Source: an uncultured delta proteobacterium
GTDB lineage: Bacteria > Desulfobacterota > Binatia > Binatales > Binataceae
NCBI GenBank assembly: GCA_963743865.1
Contig: CAVURG010000006.1
Coordinates: forward strand, 2,624,107-2,688,106
Length of the DNA stretch: 64,000 nucleotides
Reading direction: 5' to 3'
Positions 1-10,749 of the stretch are shown here, one piece after another. The position numbers and the translations under genes were made by a program. A model generated the notes under the pieces. The model saw only the letters and a list, made by a program, of their open reading frames with translations, did not search any database and was not told the DNA's origin. Within the stretch, counting starts at the first letter, position 1. Every line of letters begins with the position of its first letter.

Positions 1-571
1 GCTGGCGCGCCGCGGCGAGGTCGAACTCGGAGCTGATCACGTCGGTCTGCGGCACCGCCGAGGCCGAGTAAGCCGTCTCGGTGACTCTGACCACCTGGTC
101 GAGGTTGCGGACGTTCTCGTCGTTGACGCCGGCCAGGGCCTGGTCGAGCACCAACTGATAATAGCCGGTCTCGGTCGCGGCACGGACGTCGCGAACCGTC
201 GCCGCGAGTGCAAGATGCGCAATCTCAGCGGCAAACTCCGCTTGGTCGCGCTGATGGAGCGCTTTGCCGGGGAATTGAAACGTCTCGGTGAAGTTGAATT
301 CGCGCAGAGACGCGCGCCCGAACGGATTCTTAGGCGCATCGCTGTTGGTGTAAGTGAAGACTGGATCGTTCGGCGCGACGGTCTGCTTGATCGAATGGAC
401 CGCGGAGTCCCATCGGTAGCGCGCCGACCTGACCTGAGGATTCGCTTCGATTGCGATTTCGACGAGCTGCGCTTCAGAAAGCGGGGACTCCGCGGCGCGC
501 GCCAGTGAGGCGACAAATGCGATAGTCGCGATCGCAAGCATCAACGCACCGCTGATCTTTATCGTTGGCAT
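1..571 (-). CDS. TolC/CzcC-family outer-membrane efflux protein, N-terminal ~190 aa (gene continues past the window start)
   Basis: Own minus-strand translation from ATG at 569-571 stays open to base 1: MPTIKISGALMLAIATIAFVASLARA then AESPLSEAQLVEIAIEANPQVRSARYRWDSAVHSIKQ... A signal peptide is followed by the first repeat typical of outer-membrane efflux proteins. It is missing from the ORF track because the window edge truncates it. Confidence 0.6.
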   Translation of the reverse strand, partial: MPTIKISGALMLAIATIAFVASLARAAESPLSEAQLVEIAIEANPQVRSARYRWDSAVHSIKQTVAPNDPVFTYTNSDAPKNPFGRASLREFNFTETFQFPGKALHQRDQAEFAAEIAHLALAATVRDVRAATETGYYQLVLDQALAGVNDENVRNLDQVVRVTETAYSASAVPQTDVISSEFDLAAARQ

Positions 572-774
572 CGGAATTCCTCGATCCACATCGTCCATGG
601 CAATACGCCGCCGGCGCGGAAAGATTCGATCGCCGCGACCTAAATCGGTTACGTCAGCCACGTCCGGGCCGCAATCGACAGTCAATTAAACCGGTTTGAA
701 TCGACGGCCGAAAGCATCCCTTCGGATCGCATAACGCAGCCGTCGAAGGCTGGTGGGCGCCGCTTCGGCCAGCG

Positions 775-1377
775 TCAGTTGCCGGCGACCCTGGCTTTTG
801 CGGCCACTGCACTCTGCATCGATCGCAGGTACATCACGACCTGCCAGCGCTGCTCGGCGGGCATTTCTTCAGCGTAGGAGGGGCTCGACAGGACGCCGTC
901 GCGGATCACGCCGTAGATATAGCCGTCGGGACGATCCTTGATCGCGCCAACGAGCAGACTTTTCGGCGGCTTTTTCAGGATGTGCGCGACGGGGCCGTTA
1001 CCCTGCGCCGATTCTCCGTGACACGGCGCGCAGTAGGTATTGAACTGCTCTTTGCCCTTGGCGAGATTTTCCGGCGTCGCCTGCAACGGGTTGTGCATCT
1101 TGATCGCCGCCTGCTCGAGGCTCATCGGCGGTTCTCCGCCATGAACGGGAATTGTGTCCGCCGGAGTGACGCGCGGCGCTTCGGCGAACGGCTGAATTTC
1201 CGGCCCGCGGTACATGTCGATACTCCACGGGAAACAAGTAGCCGGCGCCGGGATCGCCGCGATCGCAATCGCAGCGGCAAGCATCCATCCCCCGGCGCGA
1301 ATCACCCTGGCGGGCAGACCAATCACGTCTCTGAAAATCTCCCGACTCTGCTTCCTTACGACAATCACCCCGAGCAT
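775..1377 (-). CDS. membrane-anchored mono-haem c-type cytochrome
   Basis: 200-aa ORF with an N-terminal hydrophobic helix (WMLAAAIAIAAIPAP) and a single CxxCH haem-binding motif (YCAPCHGES). It lies directly downstream of clpB on the same strand. Confidence 0.7.
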   Translation of the reverse strand: MLGVIVVRKQSREIFRDVIGLPARVIRAGGWMLAAAIAIAAIPAPATCFPWSIDMYRGPEIQPFAEAPRVTPADTIPVHGGEPPMSLEQAAIKMHNPLQATPENLAKGKEQFNTYCAPCHGESAQGNGPVAHILKKPPKSLLVGAIKDRPDGYIYGVIRDGVLSSPSYAEEMPAEQRWQVVMYLRSMQSAVAAKARVAGN

Positions 1378-1410
1378 ACCCGCCTTCTCATGCGGAAGCC
1401 AAAAGTAGCG

Positions 1411-4023
1411 CTACGTGGCGCTGGCCAGCGGCCGGCTGGAGAACCCCAGACCTCGAGCACCGGCGTCCACGGTGACCCGCGAACTGTCGCGAATCTCACC
1501 CGCGAGCAATTTCCGCCCCAGCGCCGTCTCGAGCTCGCGCTGGATAAGCCGTTTCAGCGGACGCGCCCCGTACGACGGATCGTAACCATGCTCGGCCAGA
1601 TAATCGCGCGCTTTGTCGGTCAATTCGAGCTCGATCTTGCGCTCCTCGAGCCGCGCGCGCAGCCGCACCAGTTGCACGTCGACTATTTGGCGCAGCTCTT
1701 CGCGGGTCAGAGGATGGAACACGACGACCTCGTCAACGCGGTTGAGAAACTCGGGCCTGAAGCTCTGACGCAAGACCTCGAGCGCCTGCGCCTTCATCTT
1801 CTCGTAGTCCTGTCCCTTGAAGCCGAGAATAATCTGGCTGGCGATATTCGACGTCATGATCACAACGGTGTTGCGGAAATCGACGGTGCGTCCGTGACCG
1901 TCGGTAAGCCGGCCGTCGTCGAGCAATTGCAGCAGCACGTTGAACACGTCGGCGTGCGCTTTTTCGATCTCGTCAAACAGGATTACCGAGTACGGACGAC
2001 GCCGCACGGCTTCCGTCAGTTGCCCGCCCTCATCGAAGCCGACATAGCCCGGAGGCGCGCCGACCAGCCGCGAGACGGTGTGCTTCTCCATGTATTCGGA
2101 CATGTCGATTCGGATCATCGCCGCTTCGCTGTCGAACAGGAACTCGGCCAGCGCGCGCGCGAGTTCGGTTTTGCCCACGCCGGTGGGGCCGAGAAAGATG
2201 AAGGACCCGATTGGGCGGTTGGGATCCTTGAGTCCGGAGCGGGCGCGAATTACGGCGTCGGAAACGGCGATCACCGCTTCGTCCTGGCCGATCACGCGTT
2301 TGTGCAGATGCTGCTCGAGATGCGCGAGCTTCTGCACGTCGCCTTCGAGCAGCCGCGAGACTGGAATTTTGGTCCATCGCGCGACGACTTCGGCGATATC
2401 GTCCTCGTCCACTTCTTCCTTGATCAATCGCTTGCCGCCGGAGTGCTTCTCGATCAGCTTCTGCTCTTCGGCGCCGAGTTCCTTCTCGAGCGACGCGAGC
2501 TTGCCGTACTGCAGCTCGGCGACCTTGTTGAGGTCGTACTCGCGCTTGGCTTTTTCGATCGCAAGCCTGGTTTGTTCGATCTGGGCTTTGATTTTCGCGA
2601 GTTTCTCGAGTCCGCCCGTTTCGGTTTCCCACTGCGCCTGCAGGCCCGCGCGCTTTTCCTTGATCTCGGCCAGCTCCTTCTCGAGTTTCTGCAGCCGATC
2701 GCGCGAGGACTGATCGGTCTCGCGCTTGAGCGCCTCGCGCTCGATTTCCAGCTGCATCACGCGCCGATTGACCTCGTCGATCTCGACCGGCATCGATTCC
2801 TTCTCAGTGCGCAGCTTGGCCGCCGCTTCATCCATCAGATCGATTGCCTTGTCGGGCAGAAATCGATCGGTGATGTAGCGTTTCGACAGCACCGCGGCCG
2901 TCACCAGCGCGGCGTCCTTGATTCGAATTCCGTGATGGACCTCGTAGCGTTCCTTCAGCCCGCGCAGAATCGAGATGGTGTCCTCGACGCTCGGCTCCTC
3001 GACCATCACCGGCTGAAAGCGCCGCTCCAGCGCGGCGTCTTTCTCGATATACTTGCGGTACTCGTCGAGCGTGGTCGCGCCGATGCAATGCAGTTCGCCG
3101 CGCGCCAGCATGGGCTTGAGCAGGTTCGACGCATCCATCGCGCCTTCAGCCGCGCCCGCGCCGACGACGGTATGCAACTCGTCGATGAACAGAATTATCT
3201 CGCCCGCAGCCTCCTGCACTTCCTTCAACACCGCTTTCAGGCGTTCTTCGAACTCGCCGCGGAATTTGGCGCCCGCTATCAGCGCTCCCATGTCGAGCGC
3301 AACCAGCTTGCGATTCTTGAGGCCCTCGGGCACGTCGCCCGCAACGATTCGCCGCGCGAGACCCTCGACAATCGCGGTCTTGCCGACCCCCGGCTCGCCG
3401 ATTAGCACCGGATTGTTCTTGGTGCGGCGCGAGAGGACCTGGATTACGCGTCGAATTTCCTCGTCGCGTCCTATCACCGGATCGATCTTGCCGGCCGACG
3501 CGAGCTTGGTCAGGTCGCGGCCGTATTTTTCCAGCGACTGGTAGGTTGCCTCGGGATTCGACGAGGTGACGCGCTGGTTGCCGCGGACCTTCTTGAGCAC
3601 GGCCATCAGCTTGTCGTGCGTCAAACCTGCTTCGCGCAGGATTTTCGAAGCGGCGCCGGGCTCGTCGAGCATCGCGATCAACACATGCTCGACCGAAACG
3701 TACTCGTCCTTGAGCTTGCCCGCCTCCTGCTCTGCGCGCGCCAGCACCCGTCCCAGGCGCTGGGTCGCGTAAACTTGCCCGCTGTCAGAGCCGCCGCCGG
3801 TTACTTGCGGAATTTTGGCGAGTTCAGCGCCGAGCTTGCGGCGGATCGCGTCGCGATCGGCGCCCGTCAGCTTCACGATCGAGGACGCCAGCCCTTCGTC
3901 ATCTTCGAGCAGCGACGCCAGCAAATGCTCGACGTCAACGGCCTGGTTATGCGCGGTGAGGGCGGCGTTTTGCGCGCGCCCGAGCGCCTCCTGAAGTTTT
4001 TCGGTGAATCGGTTGGCGTTCAT
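1411..4023 (-). CDS. clpB: ATP-dependent chaperone/disaggregase ClpB
   Basis: 870-aa uninterrupted ORF with two AAA+ modules (GEPGVGKTA and GPTGVGKTE Walker A motifs), a long coiled-coil middle domain and the canonical N-terminus [14 protein letters not shown]. Confidence 0.97.
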   Translation of the reverse strand: MNANRFTEKLQEALGRAQNAALTAHNQAVDVEHLLASLLEDDEGLASSIVKLTGADRDAIRRKLGAELAKIPQVTGGGSDSGQVYATQRLGRVLARAEQEAGKLKDEYVSVEHVLIAMLDEPGAASKILREAGLTHDKLMAVLKKVRGNQRVTSSNPEATYQSLEKYGRDLTKLASAGKIDPVIGRDEEIRRVIQVLSRRTKNNPVLIGEPGVGKTAIVEGLARRIVAGDVPEGLKNRKLVALDMGALIAGAKFRGEFEERLKAVLKEVQEAAGEIILFIDELHTVVGAGAAEGAMDASNLLKPMLARGELHCIGATTLDEYRKYIEKDAALERRFQPVMVEEPSVEDTISILRGLKERYEVHHGIRIKDAALVTAAVLSKRYITDRFLPDKAIDLMDEAAAKLRTEKESMPVEIDEVNRRVMQLEIEREALKRETDQSSRDRLQKLEKELAEIKEKRAGLQAQWETETGGLEKLAKIKAQIEQTRLAIEKAKREYDLNKVAELQYGKLASLEKELGAEEQKLIEKHSGGKRLIKEEVDEDDIAEVVARWTKIPVSRLLEGDVQKLAHLEQHLHKRVIGQDEAVIAVSDAVIRARSGLKDPNRPIGSFIFLGPTGVGKTELARALAEFLFDSEAAMIRIDMSEYMEKHTVSRLVGAPPGYVGFDEGGQLTEAVRRRPYSVILFDEIEKAHADVFNVLLQLLDDGRLTDGHGRTVDFRNTVVIMTSNIASQIILGFKGQDYEKMKAQALEVLRQSFRPEFLNRVDEVVVFHPLTREELRQIVDVQLVRLRARLEERKIELELTDKARDYLAEHGYDPSYGARPLKRLIQRELETALGRKLLAGEIRDSSRVTVDAGARGLGFSSRPLASAT

Positions 4024-4243
4024 TTGATGGTCGGTTTTCCCTGCTGACTAAGCTAACCACTTTCCCAAATTTGGCAAAACGAAATTCACCATCTGCCGTC
4101 GCGGTGACATCCGCAATTTGTCTCCAGCCGATTTCCGCAGAGAACAGGAAATTTGTGCGGCGAAATACTACGCGGACCCGCGCCCGGCCGCGAGACTCGC
4201 AGTCAAGCGCATGTAGCCGCAGGCTTTTTCTGACGGCGACGGG

Positions 4244-5068
4244 CTAGATATTCACAATCGGCGCCGCGGTCCCGCGCACGGCGCGGCGATCCGCGCGCAC
4301 CCGGCGCGTGACCGCGGGCGCCGGCTCGAACGCGGGATGCAGGCTGGATTCGCGCGCAGCGCCAGCGGCGTTGGCTGGTTTACGGGCAGCGATAAGGATA
4401 TGGCGCCGCCCCTGGCGAATCAGCAAGCCCCGCTCAGTCATTTCGGTTAGAAGCTTGCTGACCATCGGGCGTGAACTGCCAATCATCTCGGCGAGTTCTT
4501 CCTGCGCGAGTTCGGGCAGCAGCACCGCTCCGCCCGAGTCGGGCACACCGAATCGCTTCGCCAGCTCGTCCAGAACAATCTCGAGCCGTTTGCGCAGCGA
4601 CATTCCCAAAAACGTCATGTAGCGGTAAGCGATCGATGACCACATCGAATTGATCGCCTCGGCAATCCGGAGCAGCGCCTCCGGCTCGAGGCCCTTGAGC
4701 ACTTCGGAGATCTGATGGCGCGTGAACAGCGCAACGCAGCAGTTGGTCACTGCCGTTGCCCCGAACAACTGCGAACGGCCGCCGTCCGCGCCGGCAAAAT
4801 CGGCATAGCCAAACAAGTCGCCGGGACCGGCGAGCTCGACCAACACCGGGTCGCTGCCGGGACGCGAGCTATGAACCTTGACGAGGCCGGCCAGCACGGC
4901 GAAGACGACGTCGGCCGGCGAGCCCATCGAGAACAGCTCCGCGCCCTTGGGATAGCGCACCAGCATGTGCCGCTCGAGCAGTGCGGCCGCCGCCGGCCGC
5001 GCAACTCCGATCGATGAGAGCTTGGATAGCAGCTTTTCCTGCGCCTGCGCCGAGGCCTGAAGATTCAT
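4244..5068 (-). CDS. Crp/Fnr-family transcriptional regulator
   Basis: 274-aa ORF with an N-terminal cNMP-binding-like beta-roll (GELFSMGSPADVVFAVLAGLVKV) and a C-terminal HTH (ELAEMIGSSRPMVSKLLTEMTERGLL). Confidence 0.85.
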   Translation of the reverse strand: MNLQASAQAQEKLLSKLSSIGVARPAAAALLERHMLVRYPKGAELFSMGSPADVVFAVLAGLVKVHSSRPGSDPVLVELAGPGDLFGYADFAGADGGRSQLFGATAVTNCCVALFTRHQISEVLKGLEPEALLRIAEAINSMWSSIAYRYMTFLGMSLRKRLEIVLDELAKRFGVPDSGGAVLLPELAQEELAEMIGSSRPMVSKLLTEMTERGLLIRQGRRHILIAARKPANAAGAARESSLHPAFEPAPAVTRRVRADRRAVRGTAAPIVNI

Positions 5069-5193
5069 AGGCGTCTCTCTTGCAATTGCGCCGCATGACG
5101 GGCGGTGTGTAATTAAACCCTACAAACTGTTAGCTCGAATGCGCGCCTCGGTCAAGCGCAGACGAAATACTGGGAATAAGTGGTCGCAAGCGC

Positions 5194-6543
5194 TCAGGCG
5201 CCGGCGATCGTCATCTCGGCTATCTTGATCGTCGGCGCGACCGTGGATGAGCGCCAGTTGAGGTCGTTGCCGATCATCTCGACGCCCGCCATCATGTCTT
5301 TCAGGTTGCCCGCGATGGTGATTTCATTCACCGGATAGGCGAGTTCGCCGTTCTCAATCCACATTCCGCCCGCGCCCCGCGAATAGTCCCCGGTGACCAT
5401 GTTCACGCCGAAACCGATGGTCTCGGTCAGGTACAGTCCCTGCTTCACCGAGCCGATTATCTGCGCGGGGGTGTAGCCGCCGGGCTCCAGGTACAGATTG
5501 GTGGTCGAGACGCCGGGAGCCTCGCCCACCGAACGCGCGGCGTTGCCCGTGGGCGCCAGACCGAGCTTGCGCGCCGAATAGCAGTCGAGCAGGTAGGTCG
5601 CGAGCACGCCCTTGTCCACCACGTTCTTGCGCGAGGTGGGCAGGCCCTCGCCGTCGAACGGCTTGGAGCCGAGACCGCCGGGGATCAGCGCGTCGTCCAC
5701 GATAGTAACGCCGGCGGCGGCGATCGGATTGCCCAACTGTCCCACCAGAAACGACGCCCCCTTATACAATGAGGGCCCCGAAGCGGCGCCGACGATCGAT
5801 CGAATCAATCCGGCGGCCATGTCGGGATCGAAGACGATCGGTGCGCGCGTAGTCTTGATCTTGCGCGCTCCGAGCCGGCGGATCGCCCGCCTGGCGGCGG
5901 TTATTCCGACTGACTCCGCATCCTCGAGTTTTCCGAAGCGGCGATTCGACGTGTACCAGAATCCCTGTTGCATCGCGTCGCCGTCTTGCGCGATCGGCTG
6001 CACCACAAGGGTGTACGAGGTGCCGGAATACTCACCGGAAAAGCCCTGGCTGTTGGCGAACAGAATCTGGCCACGGCCGGAGCTGAATTCGGCGCCCTCG
6101 GAGTTCTTCATGCGCGGATCGAATTTCAGCGCCGCGTTCTCGGCGGTGCGCGCGATCTCGAGCGCCCGATCCGCGGTCACTATTCCGCTGTCAGGATCCG
6201 CGAGCCGAAGCTCGGGCAACGACTTCGGATGCATCGAAGGGTCGGGCAATCCCGCCCACGGATCGGCGGCCGACAGCCGCGCAAGCTCGACCGTGTTCGC
6301 GATGAATTCGCCCAGCGAATCGCGCTCCAGTTCGGCCGTCGATGAGGTCGCGGAAGACTGTCCGCAAAATACGCGCAGACCCAGCCGCCGCTCGCGCGAG
6401 CTCTTGAGTTTCTCGACTTCGCCCATGCGCACGCCGGCCGAAAGAGACTCTGCGGTCACGCACAGAACTTCCGCCGCACTGGCGCCTTTGCGCCTGGCCT
6501 CGTCGAGCGCCCAATTGGCGAGTTCAATATCAACCGTCGCCAT
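5194..6543 (-). CDS. pmbA: metalloprotease PmbA (TldE)
   Basis: 449-aa ORF of the PmbA/TldD family, with C-terminus GDYSRGAGGMWIENGELAYPVNEITIAGNLKDM, immediately downstream of tldD. Confidence 0.9.
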   Translation of the reverse strand: MATVDIELANWALDEARRKGASAAEVLCVTAESLSAGVRMGEVEKLKSSRERRLGLRVFCGQSSATSSTAELERDSLGEFIANTVELARLSAADPWAGLPDPSMHPKSLPELRLADPDSGIVTADRALEIARTAENAALKFDPRMKNSEGAEFSSGRGQILFANSQGFSGEYSGTSYTLVVQPIAQDGDAMQQGFWYTSNRRFGKLEDAESVGITAARRAIRRLGARKIKTTRAPIVFDPDMAAGLIRSIVGAASGPSLYKGASFLVGQLGNPIAAAGVTIVDDALIPGGLGSKPFDGEGLPTSRKNVVDKGVLATYLLDCYSARKLGLAPTGNAARSVGEAPGVSTTNLYLEPGGYTPAQIIGSVKQGLYLTETIGFGVNMVTGDYSRGAGGMWIENGELAYPVNEITIAGNLKDMMAGVEMIGNDLNWRSSTVAPTIKIAEMTIAGA

Positions 6544-6571
6544 CAGATTATTCTCACTGTCATTCTAATTG

Positions 6572-8020
6572 TCAGGCGCGGGTGCCGCCGACCGTTATGC
6601 CGTCGATTCGAATCGTCGGCAGTCCAACTCCCACCGGCACCGATTGGCCGTCCTTGCCGCAAGTTCCGACCCCGGCGTCGAGCGCGAGGTTATTGCCGAC
6701 CATCGAGACCCGGGTCAGCACGTCGGGACCGTTGCCGATAAGCGTGGCGCCTTTCACCGGCCGCGTCACCTGGCCGTCCTCGATCAGGTAAGCCTCGCTC
6801 GCGGAGAAAACAAATTTGCCGTTGGTAATATCGACCTGTCCGCCGCCGAAGCTGACCGCATAGAGGCCGTTCTTGACCGACTTGATTATTTCCTCGGGCG
6901 TGGATTCGCCGCCCAGCATGAAGGTGTTGGTCATTCGCGGCATCGGCGAATGCGCAAAGCTCTCGCGCCGTCCGTTGCCGGTGGGCGCCATCTTCATGAG
7001 CCGCGCGTTCATCCGATCCTGCAGATAGCCGCGCAGGATTCCCTTTTCGATCAGCACCGTGCGCGAAGTGGGCGTGCCTTCGTCGTCAACGTTCAGGCTG
7101 CCGCGGCGATTGGGGATGGTGCCGTCGTCGATCACCGTGCAAAGTTCGCTCGCGACTTTCTGGCCGATTCGATTCGCGAATGCGGAAACGCCCTTGCGGT
7201 TGAAGTCGCCTTCCAGCCCGTGGCCAATCGCTTCGTGAAGCAAAATTCCCGGCCATCCCGGGCCGAGCACGACCACCATCTCGCCCGCGGGCGCATCGAC
7301 GGCGTTGAGATTCACGATCGCTTGCCGCGCCGCTTCGAGCGCGTACTCGCGCCAACGGTCATTTTCGATGAAATAGTTCCACTCGACGCGCCCGCCGCCG
7401 CCGTAAGAGCCCATCTGGCGACCCTTGCCGTCGTCGGCGATCACGGTGACGTTGAGCCGGCACAGCGGCTGCACGTCCGCGGCGACCTGCCCGTCGCTGT
7501 TCACGACCATCACGATCTTCCGCTCGCACGCGAACGACGCCATCACGTTCTTCACCCGCGGATCGCAGCCGCGCACCACGCGATCGATCTCGCTCAGCAG
7601 CCGCGCACGCTCCTGCACCGGAACGTCGAGCGGGGTGCTGTCGAGATCGTACAGCGCATGCCGCGCGACCGGAGTACCGACCTGCACCGCGGCCGGCGTC
7701 GTACCGCGCTGATCGGCGATCGCGCGGGCGGCCTCCGCCGCCAGCCGCATCCTGTCGATCGTGACTTCGTCCGAATAAGCGTAGCCGGTGCGGTCCTCGG
7801 CGCACACGCGCACACCGACGCCGTGGCTCACGCTCTTGCTGGTGTGATTCACCATCGATTCCTCGAGCCCGAGGCCCTCGGCGCTGCGGTACTCGAAGTA
7901 GAGATCGGCATAGTCAGCCTTGCGTTCGAGCGCGGTGCCGAGGATTCGCTCGAGCGCGCCGTGATTCATGCCGAATCGGTTCAGGAAAAATTTGTCGGGA
8001 GCAACGAGTTCGTTGGACAT
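6572..8020 (-). CDS. tldD: metalloprotease TldD
   Basis: ORF 6572..8095 with HEAIGHGLEGD metallopeptidase motif. I prefer the ATG at 8018-8020 (MSNELVAPDKFFLNRFG...), giving the usual ~480 aa. The longer TTG start at 8095 is possible. Confidence 0.9.
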   Translation of the reverse strand: MSNELVAPDKFFLNRFGMNHGALERILGTALERKADYADLYFEYRSAEGLGLEESMVNHTSKSVSHGVGVRVCAEDRTGYAYSDEVTIDRMRLAAEAARAIADQRGTTPAAVQVGTPVARHALYDLDSTPLDVPVQERARLLSEIDRVVRGCDPRVKNVMASFACERKIVMVVNSDGQVAADVQPLCRLNVTVIADDGKGRQMGSYGGGGRVEWNYFIENDRWREYALEAARQAIVNLNAVDAPAGEMVVVLGPGWPGILLHEAIGHGLEGDFNRKGVSAFANRIGQKVASELCTVIDDGTIPNRRGSLNVDDEGTPTSRTVLIEKGILRGYLQDRMNARLMKMAPTGNGRRESFAHSPMPRMTNTFMLGGESTPEEIIKSVKNGLYAVSFGGGQVDITNGKFVFSASEAYLIEDGQVTRPVKGATLIGNGPDVLTRVSMVGNNLALDAGVGTCGKDGQSVPVGVGLPTIRIDGITVGGTRA

Positions 8021-8147
8021 TAAATTTGCCGCCTGTAAATCAAGTTTATCAAAGCGCGCAGCCGCCAAGAAGGTCGCTTGCTCCAACCCGCGCAAACCAT
8101 CGGCTCGACGATAGCGAAGCGGCCCCGAAACGGGTTACGATTCGCCG

Positions 8148-8402
8148 ATGGCGGCGGCAACGCGGGATACACTGGCGCTTATCGATCGCCTGATGCTCGA
8201 AATGATCGCGCAGCAGGAGCGCAAGGTGCTGGCGATGGCGCGCGCGATTCGTCCCGGGCTCACCCAGGAGGACATCCGCAACCCGAATGATTTTGCCGAC
8301 TTGATGGCGAGCGGCGAGTGGAACTTCGAGGACGGAATCCTGGCCGGGCTCAAGAGCGCGCACATGGCAATCCGCGCGAAGCTACTGGAAAGCATCGAGT
8401 AA
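8148..8402 (+). CDS. hypothetical small protein (84 aa)
   Basis: Only plus-strand ORF in the tldD-rplQ gap. Its composition is non-shadow-like (MAAATRDTLALIDRLMLEMIAQQERKVL...). I recognise no motif. Confidence 0.45.
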   Translation: MAAATRDTLALIDRLMLEMIAQQERKVLAMARAIRPGLTQEDIRNPNDFADLMASGEWNFEDGILAGLKSAHMAIRAKLLESIE

Positions 8403-8434
8403 GAACTCGAAAAAGTTCCACCAGCAGGACCACA

Positions 8435-8473
8435 GGAAAAAAGAAAAGGCACGAAGAGATATTCTTCGTGCCT
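8435..8473 (-). terminator. Rho-independent terminator downstream of rplQ (end of the alpha operon)
   Basis: Perfect 11-bp stem aggcacgaaga / tcttcgtgcct (8447-8473) with a 5-nt loop. On the minus strand it is followed by a T-rich tract (plus-strand ggaaaaaagaaa, 8435-8446). Confidence 0.75.
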
Positions 8474-8504
8474 GTGCGTCTCTGGCCGCGACGTTTGAGT
8501 TGGC

Positions 8505-8957
8505 TCAGCCGGCGGCCGCCGCCCGACGCGGTCTCTCGGCGGCAGCGCCCTCTTTCTTCGCTGCGGAGCGCTTGCGCGGCTTCTTCGACTTGGTCTGCTC
8601 TTCGTTGCCGGTGAACTCGATGACTGACAACATGGCGGCATCACCGCGGCGATGACCGAACTTGATCACCCGCGTATAGCCGCCGTTGCGATCTTTGAAG
8701 CGCGGCGCGATCTCATCGAACAGCTTCTTGACCGCCTCATGCGACTGCATGAACGCAAACGCACGCCGTCGCGCAGCGAGATCGTTCTGCTTGCCGAGCG
8801 TGACCATCCGGTCCGCGATGCGCCGCAGTTCCTTGGCCTTGGGATCGGTCGTCTTGATTCGCTCATGACGAATCAGCGCGAGCACCATATTCTTGAACAA
8901 CGCCTTGCGATGCGCTGAGGTGCGATTGAGCTTGCGGCCCGAGTTGAGATGACGCAT
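8505..8957 (-). CDS. rplQ: 50S ribosomal protein L17, with basic Ala-rich C-terminal tail
   Basis: [25 protein letters not shown]... canonical L17 N-terminus, positioned after rpoA. Tail: [29 protein letters not shown]. Confidence 0.95.
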   Translation of the reverse strand: MRHLNSGRKLNRTSAHRKALFKNMVLALIRHERIKTTDPKAKELRRIADRMVTLGKQNDLAARRRAFAFMQSHEAVKKLFDEIAPRFKDRNGGYTRVIKFGHRRGDAAMLSVIEFTGNEEQTKSKKPRKRSAAKKEGAAAERPRRAAAAG

Positions 8958-8973
8958 CAGTTACTCCAAACCG

Positions 8974-10002
8974 CTATGCCGATTCGCGGCGTTCTTGCTC
9001 TGCCCACATGCGGTCGAGCTCGCCGCGCGGCGGCAGGTTCTCCAGCCGCATCCCGAGCGATAGCCCCATGTCGGCGAGGACTTCCTTGATCTCGTTGAGG
9101 GACTTGCGTCCGAAGTTCTTGATCTTGAGCATGTCCTGCTCGGTGCGCTGCACCAGCTCACCGATATACTTGATGTCGGCGTTCTGAAGACCGTTGAACG
9201 CGCGCACCGAAATCGGCAGCCCTTCGACCGGCCGATAGAGCAGCTCGCTCATCGTGGGATGGGCCTCGCCGCCCTCGGCCGTGCCGGCGGCTGCTTCGGT
9301 CTCTTCCTCGACGCCGGCGAAAATCGTCATCTGATCGCGCATCACGCGCGCCGCGTAGGTCAGCGCCTCGCGCGGGTTGATCGAGCCGTCGGTCCAAATC
9401 TCGAGCGCGAGCCGATCGTAGTCGGTGCGCTGGCCGACGCGCGCGTTGGTCACGGTGAAGTTGACCTTGCGAATCGGCGAGAAGATCGCGTCGAGGCGAA
9501 TCGTCCCGATTGGCTCCTCGTCTTCGGTGCGCTCGCCGGGGACGTAGCCGCGGCCGCGCTTGATGACGAGTTCCATATCGAGTTCGGCGCCCTTGTCGAG
9601 CGACGCGATATGCTTGTCGGGGGTCAGGATTTCCAGGCTCGGGCCGCCGGTGATATCGCGCGCGGTCACCTGCGCCTCGCCCTTGACCTTGAGCGTCGCG
9701 GTAATCTGCTCGCCTTCATGCAGGCGCAAGCGGATTTCCTTGAGGTTGAGGACGATGTCGGTCACGTCCTCTTTGACTCCGGCCAGAGTCGAAAACTCGT
9801 GAAGAACGTTTTTGATCCTGACTGCTGTAATCGCGTAGCCGGGCAGCGTGGACAGCAGGATGCGCCGCAGCGCGTTGCCAACGGTGATTCCGTAGCCGCG
9901 TTCGAGCGGTTCCGCGGAAAATTTGCCGTAGGAAGGAGTGACTTCCTTCTCGTCGAACTCGACCGCCTTGGGTTTGATCAGATCTCGCCAGTCATTCTGC
10001 AT
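8974..10002 (-). CDS. rpoA: DNA-directed RNA polymerase subunit alpha
   Basis: 342-aa intact ORF with the N-terminal assembly domain and C-terminal domain ([23 protein letters not shown]), in the rpsD-rpoA-rplQ order. Confidence 0.97.
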   Translation of the reverse strand: MQNDWRDLIKPKAVEFDEKEVTPSYGKFSAEPLERGYGITVGNALRRILLSTLPGYAITAVRIKNVLHEFSTLAGVKEDVTDIVLNLKEIRLRLHEGEQITATLKVKGEAQVTARDITGGPSLEILTPDKHIASLDKGAELDMELVIKRGRGYVPGERTEDEEPIGTIRLDAIFSPIRKVNFTVTNARVGQRTDYDRLALEIWTDGSINPREALTYAARVMRDQMTIFAGVEEETEAAAGTAEGGEAHPTMSELLYRPVEGLPISVRAFNGLQNADIKYIGELVQRTEQDMLKIKNFGRKSLNEIKEVLADMGLSLGMRLENLPPRGELDRMWAEQERRESA

Positions 10003-10085
10003 AGTCTATGCTCTTTTTTCCGATGGATTTCCCGCGCCCACACAGGTCCACCACGGACCGGGACGCCGATCGGTATGCCTCCGCC

Positions 10086-10712
10086 CTATCTGGAGTAATG
10101 CTCGACGATCAGCTTCTCGCTGATCGGCATTGTCAGTTCAGCGCGCGCCGGCAGCGACCGGAGCGAGCCGCGGAATTGTTCGCGCTCGAGTGCCATCCAC
10201 GGCGGGACGCCGCGGCGCTGCGCCATCTCGATTGCCTCGACGATCACCTTCTTGGTGCGGCTCGCCTCGGCCACGCTGATTACACTGCCAACCTCGACCA
10301 GCGTCGAGGGAATCGTGACTTTTTTGCCGTTGACGTGAATATGCCCGTGGCGAACCACCTGGCGCGCCTGCGCCAGCGAACTGGCGAAGCCGAGACGATA
10401 GACCACGTTGTCGAGCCGCCGCTCGAGCAGCACCAGCAGGTTCTCGCCGGTAATTCCGTCCATCCGCTCGGCCATTTCGAAGTAGGCCGCGAACTGCGTT
10501 TCCATCAATCCGTAGATGCGCTTGACCTTCTGCTTTTCCCGCAGCCGAATCGCGAATTCCGAAAAACGCGTGCGCGCCTGGCCGTGCGCTCCAGGCGGAT
10601 AATTGCGCCGCTCGATCGCGCACTTGTCGCTGTAGCATCGCTCTCCCTTGAGGAAGAGTTTCAGTCCTTCGCGCCGGCACAGCCGGCATACCGGACCCAG
10701 ATTCCTTGCCAT
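10086..10712 (-). CDS. rpsD: 30S ribosomal protein S4
   Basis: [26 protein letters not shown]..., 208 aa, intact. Confidence 0.96.
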   Translation of the reverse strand: MARNLGPVCRLCRREGLKLFLKGERCYSDKCAIERRNYPPGAHGQARTRFSEFAIRLREKQKVKRIYGLMETQFAAYFEMAERMDGITGENLLVLLERRLDNVVYRLGFASSLAQARQVVRHGHIHVNGKKVTIPSTLVEVGSVISVAEASRTKKVIVEAIEMAQRRGVPPWMALEREQFRGSLRSLPARAELTMPISEKLIVEHYSR

Positions 10713-10749
10713 CTTCGATTACGCCTTCTTCACTCGCGTGTATTTCAGT

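Noticed and set aside
37-537. 166-aa minus-strand and 97-aa plus-strand ORFs at the window start
   Set aside because: Both are wrong frames. The third minus-strand frame encodes a TolC-like protein with a signal peptide and remains open to the window edge.
982-3405. 807-aa plus-strand ORF
   Set aside because: It lies entirely antisense to clpB, whose product is unmistakable. Arg/Leu/Ala-rich composition with no motifs marks it as a typical shadow ORF of high-GC DNA.
6569-8023. 484-aa plus-strand ORF
   Set aside because: It is antisense to tldD, with shadow-ORF composition (Arg/Ala/His/Asp-rich, no domain signatures).
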